NCBI GenBank assembly: GCA_963765895.1
Contig: CAVXZB010000068.1
Span: forward strand, 1-43,960
DNA length: 43,960 bases
Direction of reading: 5' to 3'
Source of the DNA: an uncultured Nitrososphaeraceae archaeon
Lineage (GTDB): Archaea; Thermoproteota; Nitrososphaeria; Nitrososphaerales; Nitrososphaeraceae
The translations under genes and the position numbers were made by a program. Every line of letters begins with the position of its first letter. The stretch's first letter is position 1. Below, piece by piece: positions 10,737-21,430 of this stretch. Below the pieces are notes generated by a model, which saw nothing but the letters and a program-made list of their open reading frames with translations, did no database searches and was not told the origin of the DNA.

Positions 10737-11184
10737 ATGATTAATACATTTTTTTCCGAAATGGAATACAACTACTTGAAATCTCAACGCCTTGCAAGAA
10801 TAGCAACGGCCACCAGATCATCCGAAGAAAAGGAAGTGATACAACCAGATGTAGTACCAGTAGGTTTTGATTTTAATGGCGAGTATTTTTATATCGGTGG
10901 AATGAACCTTGTTAAATCCACAAAATACAAAAATGTTCAGAAAAACAATAAAGTTGCAGTTATCATTGATGACCTGAAGACTGTTGATCCTTGGGATCCT
11001 ATGGGTATGAGAATCTACGGTACTGCTGACATAGTTTCCCGTCAAGGTGGATATATGGATAGAACTGGACATTCCAATCACCAATACATCAGAATAACTC
11101 CTTATAAGAAATGGAGTTGGGGAAATTGAAGAACCTGTCTTTGTTGAGGGCAAATTTAATGTAAAGATAGCCAAAAGAGACTAA
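10737..11184 (+). CDS. PPOX-class (pyridoxamine 5'-phosphate oxidase-like) F420-dependent oxidoreductase; +1 frameshift near the 3' end
   Basis: YLKSQRLARIAT...PDVVPVGF...KYKNV..N.KVA..IDDL..VDPW.P.G.RIYG.A...IRITP..KWSWG; removing one A at ~11123 gives WGIEEPVFVEGKFNVKIAKRD*. Confidence 0.88.
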
Positions 11185-11605
11185 GAAGTAATATATGCCA
11201 CCATACTGATTTAATCACTTATATGAGCAAAATATCCCATTAGAACTTATCTAATCATTAGCTCTTGATAACACATTTTACGATTTCTTATTTTATTAAA
11301 TAGAAAGGCATTAATATAGAAATTTTTGGTTGCTGTAGTGAGTACCGATGTTCACAAACCTTATATTATTTATCTTTACAATTGGATTTCAAAATCATAT
11401 CACAGTTTTGTTAATCTCTTGATGGATTTATAAGATGATTGAAATCAAGCCGTATTATTGTTATCAAGTGAATCATATTTGCGATCTAAATACTTTCAAT
11501 ATTGCTTAACCCATTAACAGAAATTTTAACTGTATAATATTTTAGCTTGGAGATAATAAGATAAAATTCTAAAGCATTTATTAAGTATAATAACTATTCG
11601 AGATC

Positions 11606-11764
11606 ATGCCAAGAGGAATGAAAAAGGGCTTAAACACACAGAAATTTGATCGCTGCGTGTCAAAAGTTAAGGTCAGATCTGGAAAGAAAGTAAATCCCTA
11701 CGCAGTATGTAACGCTACCATGAGTGGTAAGACTAAAGGTAAAAGCAAACCTAGAAAAAAGTAG
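11606..11764 (+). CDS. Small basic protein (52 aa, below ORF-track cut-off)
   Basis: MPRGMKKGLNTQKFDRCVSKVKVRSGKKVNPYAVCNATMSGKTKGKSKPRKK*; TATA-like TTTATTAA at 11577-11584. Confidence 0.75.
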   Translation: MPRGMKKGLNTQKFDRCVSKVKVRSGKKVNPYAVCNATMSGKTKGKSKPRKK

Positions 11765-12623
11765 TACCAAAAAATAATATGAATAGGTACAAAGCGCAAT
11801 ATTGCAGAAATTTATTTTTGAAATGTAGAGAATTGAAATTACGAAAAGTTATGATATATTCATGATCATATTAATAGCCTATTTTCAATTCGGACAGCAG
11901 AAATCACTCTTTTTTGTCAATACGTCAAACTATAATAAAATATCACTCGGTATATTCCGATAAATGTTCTTTTTATCATAGTAATCTACCATTAATTTGG
12001 GTAAATATATTCATGGGATTTTACAGTAGGTACCTGTTATCATTACTTGGTCCTATATTCTACAATTACACTTCCGCAAGGTCTTCCACCGTTAGCTTTA
12101 ACGCCTTTTTTGATTTAAGTATACCGATTTATCATGGTTTTTTTAACCTTCGTAAAGAATATTAAGATAGATAAAGACCTTATTTTCTAATATAATAGGA
12201 TCTTTAAAGTATCTCCTACCCTAATTTGTATTATTCTTCATTTTAGGATGGCATTGATTTTTTAATATTACTGAGGCAATATTCATCGCATTTACAATTG
12301 AAGGTTGGCTCGTGTCAACTGTTATGTGTTCCCCCCTTACAGGTTCATAACATTCTTCATTCTATTGTAAATAGAAATATTGTTACTGATTAAATCAACA
12401 TAAATATAATCGGCCTGATTATAATTCATCTATTGTTTAGCATCAAATCCTTTGCTGCATTATAGCAAATAAGCATAAAGCAAAAGCCACCGCAAGACCC
12501 AGTCACATCTGCACTTGTGACCGCCATAACCAATATGGACAAATGCTTCATCTAGGATTAGGCCACAGACTAATAACTCCTGATAAAGCCAGATAATAGA
12601 AATAGACACCAGTTACTCTCTTC

Positions 12624-14330
12624 CTATTCCTGGAGTACTTTGTGAACAAAGGAGATTGCAATTGATCCTTCACCGACTGCAGATGCAACACGTTTGATGC
12701 TGCCGCCCCTCACATCACCTACTGCGAAAACACCGGGTAAACTGGTTTCAAGCAAGTATGGTTGATGGGTAAGAGACCAGCGTGTATCGGTCAGATTTTC
12801 TGGCAAAAGGTCGGGACCAGTCTTTATGAAGCCCTTAGCATCTAGCGCGATACAGCCATCAAGCCAGTGAGTATTTGGATCGGCACCGGTCATGACGAAT
12901 ATGTGCCTGATTTTATGTTTTTCAGTCTGTCCTGTTTGGCTGTTTCGCCAGTAGACGGAGTCAAGATGATTGCCTCCTTCTACTGCTACAATCTCTGTTT
13001 GTGGTCGCAATATGATCGTGGGAGTATTCTCTATCCTACGAATTAGATATCGTGACATAGTAGCAGCCAAACCAGTAGATCTGACTAGCATGTACACACG
13101 CTTTGCAGTCTGTGCTAAAAACACGGCAGCCTGGCCTGCTGAATTTCCTCCGCCTACTACAACTAATTCCTCTCCTCCGCACAACTGTGCTTCCACAAAG
13201 GTCGCACCATGGTAGACTCCTGCACCTTCAAAGCGTGACAGGTTGTCCAATGGAAGCTTTCGATACTGGGCACCAGTGGCAATTATAACAGTGTGAGTAG
13301 AAATTCTAGCACCATTCTCAAGCTCTATAACGTACGGTTTGCGGTCACAGATGAGTCTTGTGGCATTAGCAACGAGCATACGTGCACCAAACTTCTGTGC
13401 CTGGATGTATGCTCTAGCTGCCAGATCCTGGCCAGAAATACCTGTAGGAAATCCCAAGTAATTTTCGATCCTTGAGCTTGAACCTGCTTGACCACCAGGG
13501 GAATTTGTCTCCAGCATTAGGACATCTAGTCCTTCTGAAGCACCATATACTGCGGCTGCCAGTCCTGAGGGACCAGCACCGATGATTACAAGATCTCGAA
13601 CATGGGTTTGGTCAATAGACTCATTGAAACCAAGGCAGTTTGCGATTTCTTGGTTAGTGGGATTCCGAAGTGCAAGCTGGCCTCGACAGATTAATACTGG
13701 TATTTCACTGGCAGAAATTTGGAAACTATCCAACAGATTCTGTACGTCAGGGTCGCGTTCTAAATCTATGTAGGAGTATGGATGTCCATTGCGCATCAGA
13801 AACTCTTTGATCCGTAATGTACCTGCCGAATATGCTGACCCAACAAGGACAATATCTCCAACGCCAGCAGATATTAGTTCTACCCTACGAAGAATGAACG
13901 CCCGCATCAATATATCGCTGAGCTCAGTATCAGTCTGTACCAATCCGAGCATTTGCTGGTGATCCAGTTCAATTACTTTACCTGGCTTGGTAACACGTGC
14001 CCGAACTAAAGACCGTCGACCAGAGAGCATGTTAACCTCTCCTGTGAATTCACCAGGACCATGGACAGTAATAAGGGTCTCCTCGGCCCCTAAGGGACGT
14101 ACGATCTCGACTTCGCCTGTGGTTACGATAAAGAACGGTACTGACGTATCTCCCTGGTCTATTAGCACTTCGCCAGACTGCACCGAACGTACATGTCCAT
14201 GCACTGCAATGCGATCAATCCGAGCTGGAGTTAATTTCGGAAATATCTTCTCAATACGAGAGCTGGTTAGAGGAAGTCCTCTGCGTGCATTACTCATAGA
14301 AGTAGTTTCCTGTACGATTGCTCTTCGCAA
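12624..14330 (-). CDS. Cyclic-nucleotide-binding domain + thioredoxin-reductase-like FAD/NAD(P)H oxidoreductase
   Basis: cNMP domain (G.V..DQGD...GEV...GEF.GE), GAGPSG FAD motif, IENYLGFPTGISG, GGGNSA NADPH motif, ETSLPGVFAVGDVR. Confidence 0.93.
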   Translation of the reverse strand: MRRAIVQETTSMSNARRGLPLTSSRIEKIFPKLTPARIDRIAVHGHVRSVQSGEVLIDQGDTSVPFFIVTTGEVEIVRPLGAEETLITVHGPGEFTGEVNMLSGRRSLVRARVTKPGKVIELDHQQMLGLVQTDTELSDILMRAFILRRVELISAGVGDIVLVGSAYSAGTLRIKEFLMRNGHPYSYIDLERDPDVQNLLDSFQISASEIPVLICRGQLALRNPTNQEIANCLGFNESIDQTHVRDLVIIGAGPSGLAAAVYGASEGLDVLMLETNSPGGQAGSSSRIENYLGFPTGISGQDLAARAYIQAQKFGARMLVANATRLICDRKPYVIELENGARISTHTVIIATGAQYRKLPLDNLSRFEGAGVYHGATFVEAQLCGGEELVVVGGGNSAGQAAVFLAQTAKRVYMLVRSTGLAATMSRYLIRRIENTPTIILRPQTEIVAVEGGNHLDSVYWRNSQTGQTEKHKIRHIFVMTGADPNTHWLDGCIALDAKGFIKTGPDLLPENLTDTRWSLTHQPYLLETSLPGVFAVGDVRGGSIKRVASAVGEGSIAISFVHKVLQE

Positions 14331-14776
14331 ATCATCGCTAGGAGCTTTCTATCATATTCCATAGCGACAAGGGATATAGATATCATATTCTGTGATGGTT
14401 CTACAGTCTAATATGCTTGCTGTATATCAAATTGTATAGATTGTTGTAAGTACTATGTTTAAATCAACTTGCAAAGCGATTCTAATATATTGAATCATTT
14501 GCCTCACATACATTGCTCTCGCCAGCCAACCACGCCTAGATTAATGGTCGTCTTGTAATAAATATCACCGTCGTCAACCATCTACGTATGACATTCTAGG
14601 TGTGACATATTAGCAGTCCCCCATCTCGGCAAACAGCATTCTATGTGATACATATCTAATCGATGTATGATCTTTTTTGCATTCCATCATTATGTTACAA
14701 GAACAAATTATGAAAGGTGAACTTCTACAACACAAGGTCTCTTATAGGTAACGATTGTGTGTTATTAGTGCTTCAA

Positions 14777-15511
14777 TTAGATCTGCGCTGTGCCGCCATC
14801 GACGAATAGCTCGATGCCGGTAATGAAGAGGGAGTCATCAGATGCAAGAAAGAGCGCAGCGGTCGCGATTTCGTGCGGCTTGCCCATGCGACCCATTGGG
14901 ATTATGGAAACGAAGCCATCCACCATTTCTTGGGGAGTTCCATCAAATATCGCAGTATCTATCGTGCCGGGACTGATGACGTTGACCCTGATTCGTCCTT
15001 TGAGCTCCGCAGTCCAAGTTCGGGCAAATGAACGGACAGCCGCTTTGCTGGCGCTGTAGACAGTAGTGCCAGGAAATCCTTTTACTCCAGCAATAGAACT
15101 ATTCAAAATGATTGATCCGCCGTCCTTCATAAGCGGCAGAGCCTTTTGCACGGTAAACAGGGTCCCTCGAACGTTAACATTGAAAGTATCGTCGAAGCCC
15201 TTCTCGGTAATGGAGCCAAGTGGCTTACTGAGCTCGCCAACGCCGGCGCTAGCAAAGAGAACGTCGATGTGGCCCTTGTCCTTTTTGACTATATCGAACA
15301 TACGATCTAGGTCGGCAATCTTGCCGGCATCGCCCTGCACACCAGTGACGTTCTTGCCGATTTCTTTGGTTGCCTTATCGAGCCTTTCTTGTCTGCGGCC
15401 AGTGATGAAGACATAAGCACCTTCCTCGACAAATAATTTAGCAGTAGCAAGCGCCATCCCACTCGTAGCTCCAGTAATAACAGCTACTCTATTCTCTAAT
15501 TTGTTTGACAT
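14777..15511 (-). CDS. Short-chain dehydrogenase/reductase (SDR)
   Basis: TGATSGMA nucleotide-binding motif, catalytic YSASK, RVNVISPG. Confidence 0.95.
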   Translation of the reverse strand: MSNKLENRVAVITGATSGMALATAKLFVEEGAYVFITGRRQERLDKATKEIGKNVTGVQGDAGKIADLDRMFDIVKKDKGHIDVLFASAGVGELSKPLGSITEKGFDDTFNVNVRGTLFTVQKALPLMKDGGSIILNSSIAGVKGFPGTTVYSASKAAVRSFARTWTAELKGRIRVNVISPGTIDTAIFDGTPQEMVDGFVSIIPMGRMGKPHEIATAALFLASDDSLFITGIELFVDGGTAQI

Positions 15512-15689
15512 GGATTAAGGTAGGTACATAATGATTGAAATAAGTTAATGAAGTGTAATATGTCTTAGTTGCGATTTATTGAAGCATGACAAGAAGCGCA
15601 CTTCGTTTCATAACAATGCTTTGGGTATAATGCATGGCAATGTACACTTTGTACTGTTATTAACCATATAGTCTAAAACAATCGTACAC

Positions 15690-16703
15690 ATGCGTTCAGT
15701 TCAGGTCTCTAAAGCTAATGGCCCTTTTGAACTTGTTGAAAAAGATATTCCAGAACCTGCTGCTACACAAGTTCGTATAAAGGTACAAGCATGCGGCATA
15801 TGTCATAGTGATTCTCTTACTAAGGAGGGATTATTCCCAGGCATACAATATCCCAGGGTTCCCGGACATGAAATTGCAGGAGTTATAGATAAAGTGGGCA
15901 AAGACATCACTCAATGGGAACCCCAACAAAGAGTAGCTGTAGGATGGCATGGGGGTCATTGTGGCCATTGTGACTCATGCCGGCGCGGGGATTTTATTAC
16001 CTGTAAATATGCACAGGTACCAGGCATTTCATACGATGGTGGATATGCAGATTATGTGAATGTACCCGTCGAGGCTTTAGCATCAATCCCTGAGCAGCTC
16101 TCGGCTGTAGAAGCTGCACCTCTTATGTGTGCTGGTATTACTACGTACAATGCTCTTCGGAACAGTGGAGCACGTGCAGACGATTTAGTTGCTATTCTTG
16201 GAATAGGCGGACTAGGTCATCTTGCTATTCAGTTTGCTGCCAAGATGGGTTTTAATACCGTGGCCATAGGTCGAGCTGGAGGCAAGGAAGAGGAATTGGC
16301 TAAGAATTTGGGGGCTAGCCAATACATTAATAACCGGTCACAGAATGCAGTCGAAGAACTTAACAAGCTAGGAGGAGCTAAAGTGATACTTGCAACTGTC
16401 CCTAGTGGAAAGGCGATGACTGAAATCTTTGGAGGTCTTGCCGTTAATGGGAAGCTTGTCATAATTGGAGCTTCTGATGAGCCAATTCAAGTGCCTCTAT
16501 TTCCATTGATATTAGGACGTCGATCATTGATAGGTTGGCCATCTGGTACGTCGATCGACTCTCAAGACACACTCTCATTTAGTGTTCTCTCTGGTGTAAA
16601 GTCTATGAATGAAGTCTTTCCATTAGAGCGTGCAGCAGAGGCGTATGATCTTATGATGAATGGTAAAGCTAGGTTTAGATGTGTACTTATAACTGGTAAT
16701 TAG
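15690..16703 (+). CDS. Zinc-dependent alcohol dehydrogenase (MDR family)
   Basis: CGICHSD, GHE, structural Zn CGHCDSC...C, GIGGLG. Confidence 0.95.
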   Translation: MRSVQVSKANGPFELVEKDIPEPAATQVRIKVQACGICHSDSLTKEGLFPGIQYPRVPGHEIAGVIDKVGKDITQWEPQQRVAVGWHGGHCGHCDSCRRGDFITCKYAQVPGISYDGGYADYVNVPVEALASIPEQLSAVEAAPLMCAGITTYNALRNSGARADDLVAILGIGGLGHLAIQFAAKMGFNTVAIGRAGGKEEELAKNLGASQYINNRSQNAVEELNKLGGAKVILATVPSGKAMTEIFGGLAVNGKLVIIGASDEPIQVPLFPLILGRRSLIGWPSGTSIDSQDTLSFSVLSGVKSMNEVFPLERAAEAYDLMMNGKARFRCVLITGN

Positions 16704-16918
16704 ATGAAGCAGGACATACACTTTAAAAAATATACAATGGCATAGAAATGAGTTGTATGGAGATTAGGGATTGCATTTGTTATTGACCCAAGATATACGA
16801 AGCTTATAATTGTGTTAAATACACTTCATAAATCTTCAGTTATGTGATCTTCTGATATATCTATATACTTCTATGTTATCAATGAGTTTCTGATTTAGTA
16901 TTTACAGCGATATTCTAT

Positions 16919-17189
16919 AAGCCAAGTCATTCACCCTCTTGGCGCTATATATAGCTTAGTTGAAGGATATTATATTATAGTAACTTGCCAGTTATTGACT
17001 TATGGGAACGAACTGTGCATTGCCTTTTTTGCAATTCTATGGCTACGCTCAAGCCTACCAAGACGAGACGAATAATGCTGCGCTGCAACACATGTGAGCT
17101 CTGGTGTTTGCCAATGGAATATTGTCGCAATAGAGAATCAAGACTTTGAAAGACTACATATTTAGACCTCTACGTGGACTAGTGCTTTG
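16919..17189 (+). repeat. Dispersed repeat A, copy 1 (promoter + Zn-ribbon gene); copy 2 at ~24402-24672
   Basis: Shared AAGCCAAGTC...CTCTTGGCG.TATATATAGCTTAGTTG.AGGATATTATATTATAGTAACTTG.CAGTTATTGACTTATGGGAACGA. Confidence 0.9.
16985..17189 (+). pseudogene. Disrupted copy of the small Zn-ribbon gene at 24469-24672
   Basis: MPVIDLWERTVHCLFCNS..TLKPTKTRRIMLRCNTC, then a 1-nt deletion (~17095) and a CAG>TAG stop. Confidence 0.8.
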
Positions 17190-17472
17190 ACAGCTTGGAA
17201 CGCAGCCAAGTCTGGTGAGCATCATTGACATATGTTGAAAGTGTTCATATAGATGATTAATTGAAGGTCTTAAAGTTGGTTACAGTGCATGTCCTCATTT
17301 ATGATACCAACGCAGCCAGGAAAGAAACTGGCTATGTACTGATGTCCAGTATTTATCGTAATTGGTTTAGTTTCAGTAACACCGTATGGACTCTACGGAT
17401 AATTGAACTTCAGCTCCTGATTCATAGCCTGGAAAGTGGTCATCGTAATGATAACAATGCTAGGATTAGTAG

Positions 17473-17785
17473 TTCGCCGGCGACCAACGTCGACGCAAGA
17501 AAAGGACATGGTAGTTGTTTCCAGCAAGGAATAGCTGATGGTAAAGATCAACCATTCTATCGAAATACATTCAGTGCATGCGGTAGCGCGTACGGGATAG
17601 AAATTATGAAAGGATATCTATCTGTGGAGGGCAATACAACATATACATGTAATAATTCTGAAGACGCTGACGAGGTTATCTAACTGCTTTTTCTCTTTAT
17701 TATTCTAGTTTTTGCATTCACGCTTCAAGTTATTCGGAGGCGGCAACACATCTTCTATCCGGTTCGAATAAAGAAAATGGCCTGT
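17473..17785 (+). repeat. Dispersed repeat B, copy 1 (~310 bp; 3' fragment of a Cys-containing gene plus downstream DNA); copy 2 at ~31454-31759
   Basis: Both copies start at TTCGCCGGCGA, share ATGAAAGGATATCTATCTGTGGA.GGCAATACAACATATACATGTAATAAT and end in ATGGCCTGT. Confidence 0.9.
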
Positions 17786-17863
17786 TCAACTTATACAATA
17801 CAAAGTTGAGATAGAACGCAACGTTCAATAGATTGGAATCTGCCTCAGTATGTTAGCTTTAGA

Positions 17864-19210
17864 ATGGCTCTGACTGGCGATCCTGCCCGAAGGATGAAGC
17901 TTATGAAAATGATGTCCAACTATTGGACTGTTTTTGGAGTAGTATCGGTGCTAGTTATTTGCCTCGTTCTTGAAGTGTCTATTGTAAATGTGTCAGGATT
18001 TTCAAATCAATCCAGTTCTGCTACCGATATCCAGATATTTTCTGCATTAGGTGTATTAAGTATCATTTCACAGCTGATCATCTTGAACTTCATTCGCACA
18101 AGAAATCTTCCTTTTGAAAGGTCGATACTAAGGATCATGTATAAGGTAATGGTATTGACGCAACTGGCTATTATTGTTATTTTAGTGATAATTCTGATTG
18201 AAATAATCTTCACCGTTTCATATTATCTTATACATCTGGAATTGATATTCATGATTAGTTCCGTAACCGCAATAGCAGTTATGGGATTGTTGTCGTACAA
18301 GTTCGTTACATGGCTGAAATTGAACAAGAGTTGGACCACATTAGCGTATTTATGTGCTAGCCTAAGCCTATCGATTAATGCGATTATTGGGATAATATAT
18401 GTATCAGATCAGTTAAGTTACGTCTCTGATGTTATTCAGCCCAGTCCATATGGTGGATTTATGATGCACAGCCATACCTCTTCATTAGCTGTCTTGTACA
18501 CCATTTCCTCTGGCGTTACGTTCGTACTTTTTTGGTTAGGAACTGTCTTGTTATTACAAAGCTATCGTAAAAGGCTAGGAACGATAAAGTTTTGGATAAT
18601 CATGCTTGTTCCTCTACTCTACTTTCTAAGTCAATTCCAACCCCTGGTGACAGGTATTTTGTTTAATTATAGTTCTGGAAATCCAATGCTCTTCAGCATT
18701 GTTTATGTTTTGATGGTTGAAGTCAGCACACCTATAGGTGGAATTCTGTTTGGCCTAGCTTTTATGCTAGTAGCACGTAAGATCCAGAATGCAAAGGTAA
18801 AAGGCTACATAGTTATTTCTGGAATCGGTTTACTATTGCTATTAATTTCGTATCGGCCTCAAGAAATAATAACTGGCCCCTTTCCTCCATTTGGTCTACT
18901 TTCAGCTTCATTTATGGGATTGTCTTCATACTTGGTATTTTTCGGGATATATTCATCTGCTATATCCGTATCTCAGGATTCCAAACTTAGAGCATCTATC
19001 AGGAAATCAGTTGAAGCTGAAGTGAATTTCATCGTAAATATTGCTAGCGCAGAAATGACTCATACAGTAACTGAAAGGGTTCTAAGAAAAGTGAGGGCTG
19101 TTTCTGAGATGATCCCACGAGATACTGGTATCGCCACTTCTCTAACTGATATAGAAATCAAAGATTACGTTGCTGAAGTGATAAAAGAGACTAAGAACAG
19201 GAAACACTGA
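17864..19210 (+). CDS. Multi-pass (~10-11 TM) membrane protein with PPFG motif and cytoplasmic helical tail, copy 2
   Basis: 448-aa intact ORF with alternating hydrophobic segments; paralogue of 2499-3856. Confidence 0.9.
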   Translation: MALTGDPARRMKLMKMMSNYWTVFGVVSVLVICLVLEVSIVNVSGFSNQSSSATDIQIFSALGVLSIISQLIILNFIRTRNLPFERSILRIMYKVMVLTQLAIIVILVIILIEIIFTVSYYLIHLELIFMISSVTAIAVMGLLSYKFVTWLKLNKSWTTLAYLCASLSLSINAIIGIIYVSDQLSYVSDVIQPSPYGGFMMHSHTSSLAVLYTISSGVTFVLFWLGTVLLLQSYRKRLGTIKFWIIMLVPLLYFLSQFQPLVTGILFNYSSGNPMLFSIVYVLMVEVSTPIGGILFGLAFMLVARKIQNAKVKGYIVISGIGLLLLLISYRPQEIITGPFPPFGLLSASFMGLSSYLVFFGIYSSAISVSQDSKLRASIRKSVEAEVNFIVNIASAEMTHTVTERVLRKVRAVSEMIPRDTGIATSLTDIEIKDYVAEVIKETKNRKH

Positions 19211-19349
19211 GCCTCATGTCATTAGAGATGCCAAATGAACGGATAAATAGGCCACATAAATCACTAACCCATTGTTACTTAGTCGTTGTGATCTCACTAA
19301 TTTGTCTATGGTTCGTATAATAACTTCGAATTCAGGCAATCAGTTGTGG

Positions 19350-19372
19350 CTGTAGTGATTGCATCACTACAG
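19350..19372. terminator. Perfect 10-bp hairpin between convergent genes
   Basis: CTGTAGTGAT-TGC-ATCACTACAG, 2 nt past the stop of the minus-strand gene ending at 19375; terminator role inferred. Confidence 0.5.
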
Positions 19373-19374
19373 GT

Positions 19375-20051
19375 TTATGGAACCTTTAGATCAAATGATG
19401 TATCATAGTCGAAGTTAAAGGAGGGATCAGTAGGATTGACGACCCTTGCATTTACATGCAAGTTGTGTTCACCAGATGGAAGAGGTTTTAAAAAGATGAA
19501 ATAACCACCTGCGCCAGTCGGGTACGTGCCACCTTTAAGAAGTTCGAAATTATCATTAGGTACTATCATGTTAAAGATTTTGGTTATGGCATAGTTACTC
19601 TCCAGATTACTGAGCGGTACTCCATCCAGTGTTGCTTTGAATGTGAGATGCTGGTCCCCTATTGTAGCACAATTGATTAAGTCCGCTGGTTTCGTGGAGT
19701 GCGCTTCTATTGAAGTGCAAGATCCAGTCGATATTGGAAGCATAATAGCAGTCTTGGCAGGAATAGTACACGAGTAGTGTGAAGGGCCTTGTAAGTTTTG
19801 AACTAGAAAGGACACTTGCCCAGATACCTTCGTAGCACAGACTACTTTTGGATTAGTTTGTGGATGTTCAGCCTTGGGTACTGAGACATTCCATTGCCAC
19901 CACTTCTTTATCCAATCTGCGTAAGGTGTACCATAAGCTGAAGAGTCCTTGAGATAGAGTGCGGCGTGAAGGAAATGGCATAAGCAACCATTGATGGGCT
20001 AAGCAATATTATGAGAATCAGAGGAAATATTATCAAGTGTGATCTGTTCAT
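19375..20051 (-). CDS. Secreted uncharacterised protein (WW-motif family), copy 2; frameshift just after the signal peptide (~19975)
   Basis: MNRSHLIIFPLILIILLSPSMVAYA / ALYLKDSSAYGTPYADWIKKWWQWNVSVP...CATK..GQVSFL...CTIPA...GYFIFLKPLPSGEH; homologous to 1713-2420. Confidence 0.85.
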
Positions 20052-20092
20052 ATCTACTTTCATATTCCGCCATCAAATATATTTTTCGACAA

Positions 20093-20200
20093 CTAATTCA
20101 ATGCTACTCCTGCATGAGCTGCTTGTGTTCCTGTTATGACTGTTATTGCTAATCCGCCGGCAATGAGAACCCCGATCATGACGAGTAATTTCTTTTCCAT
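20093..20200 (-). CDS. 35-aa peptide precursor: signal peptide + C-terminal pentapeptide GVALN
   Basis: MEKKLLVMIGVLIAGGLAITVITGTQAAHA|GVALN*: basic n-region, hydrophobic h-region, AHA signal-peptidase site; 41 nt upstream of the secreted-protein gene on the same strand; TTTTACAA ~30 nt upstream. Confidence 0.75.
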   Translation of the reverse strand: MEKKLLVMIGVLIAGGLAITVITGTQAAHAGVALN

Positions 20201-20486
20201 CGTGTAACATCATATAGGATATGGTATCGGATTGTAAAAGGTCAACATGTCGCTCTCCAACGCTCCACTTACATCTGTCGTATTCATGTGATTCTACATC
20301 ATAAGCCGATTCGAATAATAATGGTCATGATAGGAACCCACGGTAGATTAATCGATGCATGTCAGAAAACTGGTCATGAGAGTAGTTGATGATTGTATCT
20401 ACATTCTATATATTATTACTTATGCTTTAGGAAAAAAAGTTTGGCACAAATGAAATATTGGTCTCTAGTGATAGTAATAATACTGC

Positions 20487-20639
20487 TTCAATAAGAAATT
20501 ACTGAATGCAATTTACAGACAAGTAATGCAGAAAACCTCTCATAGCGAGCACAAATATAATCTACAATTAGTAACTGGTAACTAACAACCGTAATGTACC
20601 GCACTGCCATACTGATATTTAGTGTTTGCCGGCAATGAC
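20487..20639 (+). repeat. Dispersed repeat C, copy 1 (~150 bp, apparently non-coding); copy 2 at ~28348-28511
   Basis: TTCAATAAGAAATTA..GAATGC.ATTTACAGAC...GAGCACAAATATAA...CTGGTAACTAACAACCGTA.TGTACCGCACT...GCCGGCAA; similarity ends at the palindrome. Confidence 0.88.
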
Positions 20640-20719
20640 TTGGTAATAATGACTGCTAGCCTCCACTTCTATCAATAACTAGAGTCAAAAAAAGTGCAGT
20701 TAATTCAATTAACAGTCAG

Positions 20720-20848
20720 TTAAGCGACAGATTCATTACTTGTATCCCTATCAGCAGCAGTATCTACTTCCTTTTCCCTTTCTACTTTCTTAATTGTCTC
20801 CTTGCGATATTCCCCAGTTGGTCCATCTACAGGTTCACCTTGAGACAT
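20720..20848 (-). CDS. Small hydrophilic hypothetical protein (42 aa)
   Basis: MSQGEPVDGPTGEYRKETIKKVEREKEVDTAADRDTSNESVA*; ATG start, AT-rich upstream. Confidence 0.5.
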   Translation of the reverse strand: MSQGEPVDGPTGEYRKETIKKVEREKEVDTAADRDTSNESVA

Positions 20849-21430
20849 TATTAGATAAGAATTGGACCAAATAAGATAAAAATGTAGTTACAATAGAATA
20901 CTATTCATAACAAATCGCGGGTATTTATTGTATCAGTATTTCTTGATTACTCGCCGGCAAAGACGACCTTGGGCCATATTCGATTTACAACCCGCAGGCT
21001 GCAGCATAAGGAATCTTGGCCAAAACCAGCGAGATCTCATCAGATTTTTAAAGCATCATTTGGGAGTGCCTTGGTATATGAATTCAACTTCAAAATTCAA
21101 TTCGAGATAAAATGAAACGATAACTATGGAAAGGTTGAAAATATGAGCTTGGAATAGGACTTGAGATAATAACATTATACAAAATTCACCTGTACCAGCT
21201 TGGCACAAGAATTCCGGTAACTTTAGCATTCCATTAGATAGACTAAAGGCACGCCCAAAGAAGTTAGAATTAATACATTTAATATATAATTGATGATATT
21301 ATTCAAATTAGTTTAAGACTTACAAAGGGTAAGAGATTTTTATAAAACAATAAAGATAATTTCTATAATTAAGTTTAATAGAAACGCTCACAAAAGCTAT
21401 TGATCGTGGGCTGGATTGTATATCATTATA

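Larger units (their letters stand above)
4078..11764. mobile_element. Integrated plasmid-like element A (Prim-Pol/helicase replicon); boundaries approximate, no integrase seen
   Basis: Cluster of Prim-Pol-PriCT-ATPase, HTH, ASCH, small Cys-rich and small basic genes; no att repeat identified. Confidence 0.6.

Noticed and set aside
11914-12165. 83-aa ORF in AT-rich DNA
   Set aside because: No motif; composition typical of a spurious frame
17261-17683. 140-aa ORF as a genuine gene
   Set aside because: Only the part after the palindrome at 17473 is shared with the second copy; the 5' part looks like chance read-through
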